From: a virus
DNA: 64,000 nt
Reading direction: 5' to 3' (one strand)
Virus record (IMG/VR): IMGVR_UViG_3300035099_000047
Location: 1 to 64,000 of that record
Position 1 is the first letter of the stretch. Each line of letters begins with the position of its first letter. Positions 56,220 through 64,000 of the stretch are shown one piece after another. The position numbers and the translations under genes are program-made. The notes under the pieces were generated by a model. The model made no database searches, had not been told where the DNA came from, and was given only the letters and a program-made list of their open reading frames with translations.

Positions 56220-56460
56220 ATTGTTTCAGCGACATTTTCTCAATAGCATCCGCCACATTGGGCCGGACTGAACACGGCAAAGGCCCCAAATGCCCAGTCC
56301 GTTTGGCCTCGGCATACCGCTGCTGGGCTCGCTTAACCGCGGCAGCAGAAATCCTTTTCCCAGAACGCAAGAACCACCTGGTCATGTTCGAGCCCTTTCC
56401 CCACCCAGGTATTGATGCCATCTCCCTCACACAGGCTGCCTGTTTGATTCTACCTTTCAT
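56182..56460 (-). CDS. Hypothetical protein
   Basis: ORF with RBS. Confidence 0.45.
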   Translation of the reverse strand: MKGRIKQAACVREMASIPGWGKGSNMTRWFLRSGKRISAAAVKRAQQRYAEAKRTGHLGPLPCSVRPNVADAIEKMSLKQFASWSGMFVWRD

Positions 56461-56571
56461 GTTCCTGCTCCGTTCGCTGGCTCATTTGAATCTTCCCTCG
56501 GCAACTAACCATTGTGGCATTCCAAGCAGCTTGGGCTACCCCTTGAAAACAGCCGATTAGCTCTCTCATCT

Positions 56572-57261
56572 CTATTGCCCGAGTAATGCATTTGGTTTCA
56601 CCGGTCGGAACATCCACTGTTCGCTTGTAGTAACATGGTTTTTTCGCACAAATTTAGCCACGTATCTCTCGGAATCCGCATAGGGAAAACTTTCAGCTAG
56701 CCGTACCACGTAGCCCTCTGCTCCTGTTGGGGGTCCACCAGGCGATTCAAAGGATGGAAAGATGCTTGTTCCCCTCCAACTCTCGTGGAACTTTGCATCC
56801 CAAATGCCATTGTAAAGTACCGGCACGGTTTGAATGCCTAACAGTTCGCACAACTCTGCGGTTTCTTTCCAAGACAAACATTTGTTCTGTTCGTCATAGA
56901 TGCCAAAAGCAAAGAAATAGGTGGGCAGGTTGGTGTAGAAAATAGAGTGGTATGCATAGAGGTTTTCCCCACAAACCCTGTAACCAGCAGGGATATTATA
57001 GGCCCATTCAGAGGCAAATGCCTTCATCCAGGAACGGGAAGGGTGTGAGCCACTATCTAAGGAGCGGGCGTGAATCCAACCGTCTGGATAGACGGTGGTG
57101 CATTCTCCATCCAGCTTCTCTGTGATGACAACCTCTTTATCTTCAAAAACGGCAACGGCACAGTCGCTCCACCGCAAGTCGTCGCTGGAAATCAACTGCG
57201 ACCATGGCAAATGATGGGTGCGAGGGTATTTAGTCCTTTGCATGGTACACCTCAAACACAT
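56572..57261 (-). CDS. RNA ligase family nucleotidyltransferase
   Basis: KYPRTHHLPWS, motif I TEKLDGECT, CGEN, EGYVVR, AKFVR. Confidence 0.88.
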   Translation of the reverse strand: MCLRCTMQRTKYPRTHHLPWSQLISSDDLRWSDCAVAVFEDKEVVITEKLDGECTTVYPDGWIHARSLDSGSHPSRSWMKAFASEWAYNIPAGYRVCGENLYAYHSIFYTNLPTYFFAFGIYDEQNKCLSWKETAELCELLGIQTVPVLYNGIWDAKFHESWRGTSIFPSFESPGGPPTGAEGYVVRLAESFPYADSERYVAKFVRKNHVTTSEQWMFRPVKPNALLGQ

Positions 57262-57306
57262 CGAATTTAGCCGTCATTGGTCTTGCTTTTCCCTCACAAC
57301 ACCGTT

Positions 57307-57335
57307 ATTATACGGTTTCTTGCGTTGCAGGTCAA
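57307..57335 (-). promoter_or_regulatory. Early sigma70 promoter TTGACC-17-TATAAT
   Basis: Near-consensus; shared AAACCGTATAATAA extension. Confidence 0.8.
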
Positions 57336-57355
57336 TAGGAAAACTGAAAAATTCC

Positions 57356-57643
57356 TCACGAAGTTTGAGAATTTGCCTTGGCCATGATGCGAATGAAGAC
57401 CTTGCGCTGTTTGGGGGTCATGCGATCTATGCCATAGATGGACATCAAAAAATTACGTTCCCAGTCGTTCAACCGGTTACTTTCAATTACAGCCACAATC
57501 CTTGCATCCAAGCTCATCCTCCCTGCCGAACCAGAAGAAGGGCTATTAGGGTTGTCAGTAATTTGAACAGGACCGCCGATACCCTGCCCGTATGGGCCAA
57601 TTTTATACCTCACTGTTGAATCTCCTTTTTTAACAACAATCAC
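57356..57643 (-). CDS. Hypothetical protein
   Basis: LNDWERNFLMSI...MTPKQ. Confidence 0.55.
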   Translation of the reverse strand: MIVVKKGDSTVRYKIGPYGQGIGGPVQITDNPNSPSSGSAGRMSLDARIVAVIESNRLNDWERNFLMSIYGIDRMTPKQRKVFIRIMAKANSQTS

Positions 57644-57774
57644 AAAATGGGGGCAGCCGCACTGCTTTAGGCCCCTATCCTCCTATTCAACGTCCTGTAT
57701 CCAAAAAGGCAGGGTTGGACTTACTGCATGTCAGGCTAGTAGGGTTGCTGACGGTTGCCAATCCTGACACCATC

Positions 57775-58818
57775 CTACAAAGCCACTTCCAAATTAGCAA
57801 ACTTGCAAGCCATTGCCAAGGCTCGCTTTTTCATATCCCGGCCGGGCCCAAACATCGTCACATTGAAGCGGGCTTCCGCTTTTTGCTGTCGTGTGGCCCC
57901 CCTGCGGGGAAGGTGGTCGATGTGTTCAACCACGGCGTTGTAAGCAGCCCAGCAAGTGTTCTCCATGCCTTCTAGCGTGTTCCGCTCATTGTGATAACAA
58001 CTGGCAATGGCTAACCGTGTGTCGGCCAATCGCTCAGCCCGCAGCTCACTGTAGTCCGGATCTCGGGGGTCCAACTCCGGGCACATCAGGTTCAAGTAAT
58101 CCCGCCACTCCTGAGCAGTCAGCTTACGCTGAGCCAACTGCTTGCCGATTTCAGCGTACTGAGCAAATTGATTGCTAGCCACCCCAAGAATGTTGCGGGC
58201 TTGGGACAATTTGCTCTCAATGTTACCCATATGCCGAACACTCAATTCCTTGACAGTACCACTCCCCACTGCTAATGCATAAGTGTTGGCGCACACAACA
58301 CGGACCGCCGTTGGCCCGAACCGAATCGCCTCTGAACCATCGTGGCTCAAGCTCAACAGAATGTAGGGCAGAATGTGATCGCCTTTGACCACTTCCTGCA
58401 CTCCTGGCATGCGAGCCAACATGCAAACCTTGCGACCACCGTACAAGCTGAAAGCGCTCTCGTACAACATCTCGTGGTTTTCCACAAGCTTGTCCAGGAA
58501 TGCGAAAGCCTCTTGGTTCTGCACCACCTTGTAATTGTTGGTAACCAGGCCCATCAGGGCATTGGTGTCCTGACGCACGTTGGCTTTGAAGCCCTCTTGG
58601 TAGTGCCAAATGGTCTTGACCTCGTCCGGGCTAACCGGCACCTCCTCCCCAACGGCAACAGGCCGTTGGACGATTAACCAATCCAGCCCACCTTCCTTGA
58701 GACACTCCAGACTGGTCATGGGGTGGTCAAACACCTTGCCCAAGCCATGCCATGCCGGCTCCATGGCAAACACTGCCTCAGCAAACCCATCCTCTCGAAT
58801 CGTGATCTCGTGACTCAT
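57775..58818 (-). CDS. DUF932-family phage/plasmid protein
   Basis: PAWHGLG, YKVVQNQEAF, SHDGS, VRVVCANT, RHMG, WAAYNAVVE. Confidence 0.88.
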   Translation of the reverse strand: MSHEITIREDGFAEAVFAMEPAWHGLGKVFDHPMTSLECLKEGGLDWLIVQRPVAVGEEVPVSPDEVKTIWHYQEGFKANVRQDTNALMGLVTNNYKVVQNQEAFAFLDKLVENHEMLYESAFSLYGGRKVCMLARMPGVQEVVKGDHILPYILLSLSHDGSEAIRFGPTAVRVVCANTYALAVGSGTVKELSVRHMGNIESKLSQARNILGVASNQFAQYAEIGKQLAQRKLTAQEWRDYLNLMCPELDPRDPDYSELRAERLADTRLAIASCYHNERNTLEGMENTCWAAYNAVVEHIDHLPRRGATRQQKAEARFNVTMFGPGRDMKKRALAMACKFANLEVAL

Positions 58819-59054
58819 ACTCGGTTCTCCTCATTGTCACTCGCTATAGTGATCTCAACCGCTGGATTGCCAGCCAATACCAAGCCTCGTTGAGGATCAT
58901 CGCCCAATGGATGAACGGAACAGGGATTCATCACCCCCATATCGTGTAACAGGGCCCCAACACCAGAGGCCAACACCTCGCTCTCTAGTTCCAGCCCACT
59001 CGGGTAGACAAATGTCACCTTGAACCTCATTGTGTTGCTCCTTACACCACCTTT

Positions 59055-59083
59055 ATTATACGGTTTCTGTGCTTGCAAGTCAA
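59055..59083 (-). promoter_or_regulatory. Early sigma70 promoter TTGACT-17-TATAAT
   Basis: Near-consensus; shared AAACCGTATAATAA. Confidence 0.8.
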
Positions 59084-59157
59084 CAAAAAACTGGTAATTC
59101 CTGAAAATAATTCCAGGATAGGTCAAAAACCCCCTTTCAGGTTTTGGATCAACCTGT

Positions 59158-59475
59158 TCATTTGACTAATCGCTCATCCGGGGGTATCCGATACCACTCA
59201 GAAGCATATCGCAGAATGAATACTATCCACCTTGCAATATTATCAGGATCCTCTTCTACCGTTCCGTTTCTGCGCCATTTGGCGATCCGCTCATCGAGGT
59301 ATGCAGCAACCTTCTTCATGGCTGCCTTGGTTTTGTCACTCACTTCACCAGCGGGTTCGATGTAAGGCATGAGAAATGGTCCTTGACTACTGTGCCAAAA
59401 TACAACTAAACAACGAGCCATCAAACTTTCGCTGGAACTTGCTTCCATTGCCTTACCATTTCGGGGGTCCACCAA
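59158..59475 (-). CDS. Hypothetical protein
   Basis: ORF on coding strand. Confidence 0.45.
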   Translation of the reverse strand: MVDPRNGKAMEASSSESLMARCLVVFWHSSQGPFLMPYIEPAGEVSDKTKAAMKKVAAYLDERIAKWRRNGTVEEDPDNIARWIVFILRYASEWYRIPPDERLVK

Positions 59476-59744
59476 CCATGCCCCCTGGGCCTATGGTCCG
59501 GCAACGGGTACGCCTCCCCAACCTCTATCTCCAGGATGACACTCCGTTGAGTCCTTTTGCCCCAATCCGCCGCCGACTGGTAGAATCTCCAAAACCTCAC
59601 AGGGGGTAAAATACAGCCTGTGGAAACATACCTAGCTAACTTCGCGGGGGTGGTCACATGATACCCTACCATTTTCCTCTTCCCTAAAGAATCTGACCAA
59701 TGCCCGCAAAAAAGCGTCTTGCACCTCCTTGGAACATGAATCAA
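59421..59744 (-). CDS. Hypothetical protein (start probably MVGYHVTT)
   Basis: YHVTT motif. Confidence 0.45.
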   Translation of the reverse strand: MIHVPRRCKTLFCGHWSDSLGKRKMVGYHVTTPAKLARYVSTGCILPPVRFWRFYQSAADWGKRTQRSVILEIEVGEAYPLPDHRPRGHGWWTPEMVRQWKQVPAKV

Positions 59745-59853
59745 CCAACATGTGGTCCAGAAACAGCGGGATAAGATAGTCGCCCCGCCTTTCGATCTTG
59801 GACAGCTTGGACACTTCCCTATCGAACACCAAGCTCAGTACATTCCAATCCAT
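59632..59853 (-). CDS. Hypothetical protein
   Basis: AAAGGAG RBS. Confidence 0.5.
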   Translation of the reverse strand: MDWNVLSLVFDREVSKLSKIERRGDYLIPLFLDHMLVDSCSKEVQDAFLRALVRFFREEENGRVSCDHPREVS

Positions 59854-59879
59854 AGCAGTCTCCTTTCATTCACTGCCTT

Positions 59880-60158
59880 TCAACATCGTGCGCGATGCAG
59901 CAGACGACGGAATTGGATTTCTTGTTCGAGAGCGGTGAACACGTCCGCGACCAAGCGAATCATTATGTTGGCGCGTCCATCCAGCAATCGGGTGACGAAC
60001 CCCTTGCTTCTTCCCATCCGCCGGGCAAGCTCCGCGCGGGTGACACCTTCCCTCTCCATGACTTCACAAATCAACTCGGTCAATTCAAGCATCGCCCGCT
60101 CTCGGTTGAATCCCCGCTTTCCCATCTCGGTTGAAACAACCTTTTTAACAAACGTCAT
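59880..60158 (-). CDS. XRE-family HTH regulator
   Basis: GVTRAELARRMGRSKGFVTRLLDGRAN. Confidence 0.85.
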   Translation of the reverse strand: MTFVKKVVSTEMGKRGFNRERAMLELTELICEVMEREGVTRAELARRMGRSKGFVTRLLDGRANIMIRLVADVFTALEQEIQFRRLLHRARC

Positions 60159-60373
60159 AATACATCCTCCGTCACGGTCTGATTGGATGCCGCCTTCGCT
60201 TTCAAAACAGCGGCTACGGGATCAAGATCATAAAATACTTGGCCTGGCATCCCGGGGGACTTGTATGCCATAAATACTCCGTTCTTACCCCCAAGGTACC
60301 TTCTGACCACATCAACGGCCCCAGACCGAAGCGACTCCCACGCTTCATGCTTCCGCTCTTGTTCGTCACTCAT
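60155..60373 (-). CDS. Hypothetical protein
   Basis: AAAGGAG RBS. Confidence 0.55.
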   Translation of the reverse strand: MSDEQERKHEAWESLRSGAVDVVRRYLGGKNGVFMAYKSPGMPGQVFYDLDPVAAVLKAKAASNQTVTEDVL

Positions 60374-60439
60374 TATTGTGCTCCTTTACTAATCTTCACC
60401 ATTCCCACCCCTGCCGCAGCAGAGGTGGAGGGGAGGTAG

Positions 60440-60826
60440 TTAGGTCTTCGGGGTCTTTTGTAGGACGACACTCAATTCTGGCTCCGCACCACCAAAGGCG
60501 GTGCGGACCATCTCCGGCTCGCCGTTAATGGCGGCGAGCCTGTCGAGGTCCCCATCAATGGGGACCTCGATGAGGTCTGGCCTGGGCAAGTGCTCTGTCC
60601 CGCGCTTCGCGCCCAGAAACGCGGGGGGAATATCGGACTTTCCGGAGGCCCAGAGTTCGAGGGCCTCGAGGATGCCCGCGGTATAGCGGACATCGCCCCA
60701 ATAGCCCCTGAACTGTTCCGCTCGCTCTACATCGTCGGCGAGCGCCGCCAAGCACAACTTGCGGGCTAGCTTGTAGCCCGGCATGGCCCGACGGCCGCAC
60801 TGGTGTTCGCCCCAGTAGGTCAACAT
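60440..60826 (-). CDS. Hypothetical protein
   Basis: AAGGAG RBS. Confidence 0.55.
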   Translation of the reverse strand: MLTYWGEHQCGRRAMPGYKLARKLCLAALADDVERAEQFRGYWGDVRYTAGILEALELWASGKSDIPPAFLGAKRGTEHLPRPDLIEVPIDGDLDRLAAINGEPEMVRTAFGGAEPELSVVLQKTPKT

Positions 60827-60920
60827 GTTTTTTCTCCTTGCTTTCCCGGCCTGTTCTCCGGCCAGGTCCGAGTTGCCAGCACCATGCCGGTCCGACTATC
60901 CAAAAAACACCCGAGTAGGC

Positions 60921-61283
60921 TCATGGTGAGGTCCTCCACGTTATCACATACCAGTCAACCCAGGCCTCCCAGCTTCCGAAAGTAGCTCCTTCTGGGAGCC
61001 GCAGGCCCCTATACTGCCCAACCAGGGCTGGGCAATTCGGGGCCAAAGTAACAGAGACCCACCGAGGCTCAACGGGGACCCCGAGCAGGTTGGAGAAGAT
61101 CGCCGCCGTGTCAGCATGGCCGACTGCGGACTCAACACCCTTGCTGCGGCACATGGCCGCAGCCTCGCCAGCGCTGATGACCCGGACTTCTAAATTCCCC
61201 AAGGGGGAATCCGGGAGCATGTTCAGCGAAATCGCATTTAGCAACAACATTTTCGGCTTCTTAAGATGCTTGACTGCCACCAC
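60921..61283 (-). CDS. acrIII-1: DUF1874 / STIV B116-like ring nuclease (AcrIII-1-like); start probably 61250
   Basis: LLNAISLNML, SAVGHADTA, LVGQY.G.RLPEG. Confidence 0.8.
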   Translation of the reverse strand: MVAVKHLKKPKMLLLNAISLNMLPDSPLGNLEVRVISAGEAAAMCRSKGVESAVGHADTAAIFSNLLGVPVEPRWVSVTLAPNCPALVGQYRGLRLPEGATFGSWEAWVDWYVITWRTSP

Positions 61284-61332
61284 CCCGCTTCTCTCGGCGA
61301 GAGGGGCGGGGGGCAGTCACTACTCCTCCTCC

Positions 61333-61599
61333 TCAACCGCCCTCATTGGTCACTTGCGGCGCTTTGCGCCGGGAGATTTGGATGATACGCGGTTCGGCGC
61401 CACCGCACAGCACCCAATTGTGCACGTCGAACCACGTCTTCTCTAGCCGGATTCTTTCATGCTCTAGCCTGTCAAATACCGGCTGTGCGATGGCCCTGCG
61501 CGCTAGACAGCGCGCCCGCAGGTCTTCGCCCTTGATGTCGTTGTTGGTCATGGGTTCTCTCCTTTTTTGCTTTTTTGTCCTGTAGACACACGGCTTCAA
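61333..61599 (-). CDS. Hypothetical protein
   Basis: AAAGGAG RBS before MTNND. Confidence 0.5.
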   Translation of the reverse strand: MKPCVYRTKKQKRREPMTNNDIKGEDLRARCLARRAIAQPVFDRLEHERIRLEKTWFDVHNWVLCGGAEPRIIQISRRKAPQVTNEGG

Positions 61600-61673
61600 C
61601 CGCTGGCCTATTGACTGCCCTCACCCCGCCCCTGCTGCAAGAGTGGCGGAGGGGAGGCGGTCACTCACCAACC

Positions 61674-61997
61674 CTACAGCTTGCCATTCTTTGCCACAAC
61701 CCGCACATTGGTTTGTGACTTGGTGGAAGTGTGGGCAGCAACCAGCTGGTAGTTAGGTTCCAGCTTTTCACAGATGGCCTTGTAATCCACCCTAACTGCG
61801 TCAAAGGTGGAAACCGTAGCCCGAAACAACTCCCCCTCCACCGCCTTCTCCCCCGATTCCTTGAGCAACTGTTTGAGGCATTCTTCCCGCTTGGAAAGCT
61901 CCGCCTTTTGGGCCAGCAATAACCCCAACTCGTCCACCACCACCCCCAAATCCACCCCCCGCTCAACTCCCCGATCCAACTCAGCAATCGCAATCAT
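61674..61997 (-). CDS. Hypothetical phage protein
   Basis: AAGGAGG RBS; first gene after a promoter. Confidence 0.65.
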   Translation of the reverse strand: MIAIAELDRGVERGVDLGVVVDELGLLLAQKAELSKREECLKQLLKESGEKAVEGELFRATVSTFDAVRVDYKAICEKLEPNYQLVAAHTSTKSQTNVRVVAKNGKL

Positions 61998-62029
61998 CTC
62001 ATCCCTCCTTTTTTCCTCACGACACCTTT

Positions 62030-62058
62030 ATTATACGGTTTTCAGTTCATCAGGTCAA
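62030..62058 (-). promoter_or_regulatory. Early sigma70 promoter TTGACC-17-TATAAT
   Basis: Near-consensus; shared AAACCGTATAATAA. Confidence 0.8.
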
Positions 62059-62084
62059 CACCCAAAATGGGTATTTTCTGAAAA

Positions 62085-63536
62085 TTATTTGAAGATTTCT
62101 GGCTGGTTCAACGCCAACCGAACCAACTGGGAACCCAAGTCAGCCAATGCATCGTAATACTTTTGACTCAGGTGATCACTCTCGTAGTGGTGAGCGAACT
62201 CATGAATGAGTAAACTGTTTAACTCATTGCTGATGCCCTGATCGAAAAATCTGTGCCCAAGACGCCCCAGGTTGAATGTCAAATGGCCGTTGCCATAGGT
62301 TGCCCCATAAGGCCAAGCCACCTCAGAGGCTATGTCCACACAAACCTCTTGACCGAGCAACTCGTGGGCAATTCGCTTGGTATAGGCAGCGACCCCTCGC
62401 ATCCCACTAGTCCACCTGTTTTCTGGTAATAGCTTGAGTGGAGTACCATTGGGAGAGTAGGGCTTGGGGCTGGGTGTAACCTTGCCGGCCGGAGGAATTA
62501 GTCCAGCCTGTTTAATGTTTTGCCACTCCGCCCCAGTCAAGCTCCTTCCATACACAACTGGGCGACCTTCAGCCTGGCTGCGCTTGTTGGCTTCAGGGTC
62601 CGTAGGATCAAAAGCAACTGCATTTTCCCCAAATCGCAAAGTCACGGCAGTCTTGAGCGCTTTGGGGTCTACCCGCTTATCCCCACAAGCTTCCCGCACC
62701 CAAGTTTGAGAGGCATCCGAGTCCGTGATCAAATGGTGAGTAGCATTCAACACAGCCACCCTGATAGCTTGCAAATAGCTAGGGGTGACGTTATCACGGT
62801 CCATGTTGAGAGGCACCTTTTGTTGCACATCCACATGGAAACGGTCTCCGGTCTCCACCACTGGAATGCCCATTTCGTACAAAGAGGCTTTCTCACCAAG
62901 CTTTGGTTCATACACATTTACCACGGTCTTGCGAACTGTGGGCTTCATCACCCCATCCCCGCTTGCGACCACAGTAGGCAAAGCAGCCTCAAAGCTGGTC
63001 ACTGCCTTGGGTCGCTCCAGCTGGACCCCGTTGATCGTGGTAGCAATCCTAACCGGAGCGATCAGATGTTGTGCCGATCGAATGATCTCTTCCACTTCCG
63101 ACTTGGTCAGAGGCATTACCACCTCAAACCAGCTGCCTGAAGCTCTGCAACAATTGGAGACCAACCGGGTGCCCTTCTCAGTGAACTCCACCGTACCCTT
63201 GGTGGTTTCCAACCGAGCGGACTTGGCCAACGCCAACACCAGCTTCTCCCCAATGTTGAAGCGGCCTCGCTGTTGAGCATTGGTCTTCTTACGACTCTCT
63301 GCAAACAGCGTGTAAGCGTCCCGTAGGTCATTGAACCCATTGGGATCGTCGTCTTCAATTGCAATCACGGCATGCTTATGGCTACCTGCGACCATTTGTG
63401 CTGTCACGTCCACTTGAGTCACATTCTGATCCCAGGCATTTTGCAACAGTTCGTACAGCACAAATGCCTTGGGGCGGCTGGCTACCAGCTTGGCTAGCCC
63501 TACCTTATCTACTATCAACCAATTGTTCACTCCCAT
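62085..63536 (-). CDS. GHKL ATPase fused to a zincin-like HEXXH metallopeptidase
   Basis: ELLQNAWD, IEDD, RGRFNIGEK; C-terminal LLIHEFAHH. Confidence 0.8.
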   Translation of the reverse strand: MGVNNWLIVDKVGLAKLVASRPKAFVLYELLQNAWDQNVTQVDVTAQMVAGSHKHAVIAIEDDDPNGFNDLRDAYTLFAESRKKTNAQQRGRFNIGEKLVLALAKSARLETTKGTVEFTEKGTRLVSNCCRASGSWFEVVMPLTKSEVEEIIRSAQHLIAPVRIATTINGVQLERPKAVTSFEAALPTVVASGDGVMKPTVRKTVVNVYEPKLGEKASLYEMGIPVVETGDRFHVDVQQKVPLNMDRDNVTPSYLQAIRVAVLNATHHLITDSDASQTWVREACGDKRVDPKALKTAVTLRFGENAVAFDPTDPEANKRSQAEGRPVVYGRSLTGAEWQNIKQAGLIPPAGKVTPSPKPYSPNGTPLKLLPENRWTSGMRGVAAYTKRIAHELLGQEVCVDIASEVAWPYGATYGNGHLTFNLGRLGHRFFDQGISNELNSLLIHEFAHHYESDHLSQKYYDALADLGSQLVRLALNQPEIFK

Positions 63537-63560
63537 CTCCTTTTGCCTTACAACAACGTT

Positions 63561-63589
63561 ATTATACTATATCGGCTAATTGAGGTCAA
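63561..63589 (-). promoter_or_regulatory. Early sigma70 promoter TTGACC-17-TATAAT
   Basis: Near-consensus hexamers. Confidence 0.8.
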
Positions 63590-63619
63590 GGGCTTTCCTC
63601 AAAAATCCTGAAAATAATC

Positions 63620-63823
63620 TCAACTCAACTCATGCCGCCTCAGTGCATCCCGAAGTGCCCACCCCTCCAATTCCATAATCTCCTTCAAAAACGGTTCGGA
63701 TCGCCTCAATCCTCTCAAGTCCTCCTCAGCCTCTCCCCTGGTATCGTAAGGTCCCATGTCAGGATCGGATAGATACTCCACAATCCACCAACCATCCGAT
63801 CGCTTCTCTAGTCTACCGTTCAT
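63620..63823 (-). CDS. Hypothetical protein
   Basis: MGPYDTRGEAE motif. Confidence 0.55.
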   Translation of the reverse strand: MNGRLEKRSDGWWIVEYLSDPDMGPYDTRGEAEEDLRGLRRSEPFLKEIMELEGWALRDALRRHELS

Positions 63824-64000
63824 GGTCCTTTTACCTTGTAATGCTTGACCACCTTACCCAAGTTCTCGCTCCCACGCGCGTGCTGGGGAATCCAGAACCT
63901 GCCGTGCAACTTTCCAAATAGTCCCGGCGAATCCTCTCCATACGTGCGAAAGTGACCCCGGCAAATATGAAGTGCTTTTTTAAGACCTTCTTGATCCATT

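Noticed and set aside
59421-59744. ADP-ribosyltransferase-like toxin (YHVTT motif)
   Set aside because: Only one short motif; the other catalytic elements cannot be identified by eye.
298-63583. Numerous plus-strand ORFs in the track
   Set aside because: They lie antisense to well-supported minus-strand genes and show no recognisable motifs.

Overview
This is a 64-kb segment of a large dsDNA tailed-phage genome with essentially all genes on the minus strand. The host is probably a Planctomycete, inferred from one host-like small gene. Read in transcription order (right to left), it contains six regions. (1) An early/host-takeover region with repeated consensus sigma70 promoters, a GHKL-metallopeptidase, a DUF1874/AcrIII-1 ring nuclease, DUF932, an RNA ligase, a sigma-like factor and an RNAP alpha-CTD-like protein. 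(2) An SNF2 helicase and primase, followed by the most striking locus: a stand-alone Cas7/RAMP-like gene and a partner gene interleaved with three long non-coding arrays of 5-nt units (GAC-NN on the sense strand), a candidate RNA-guided system. (3) Replication initiator paralogs and a DnaB-like helicase. (4) A ~9-kb candidate DNA-hypermodification cluster with two radical SAM enzymes, a PLP enzyme, two DUF2156/GNAT-like transferases and two methyltransferase folds. (5) Replication and recombination genes: sliding clamp, a split family-A polymerase (UDG-exonuclease and polymerase halves separated by an acidic protein and tRNA-Ile(UAU)), clamp loader, UvsY/SSB/RecA, 5'-3' exonuclease, RuvC and a split SbcC plus SbcD. 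Two TnpB elements are inserted here, a Fanzor-like IS607 and a solo IS605 TnpB. (6) Late regulators (sigma-like and Mor-like) and an intein-containing large terminase. All calls come from motif recognition by eye; no searches were run.
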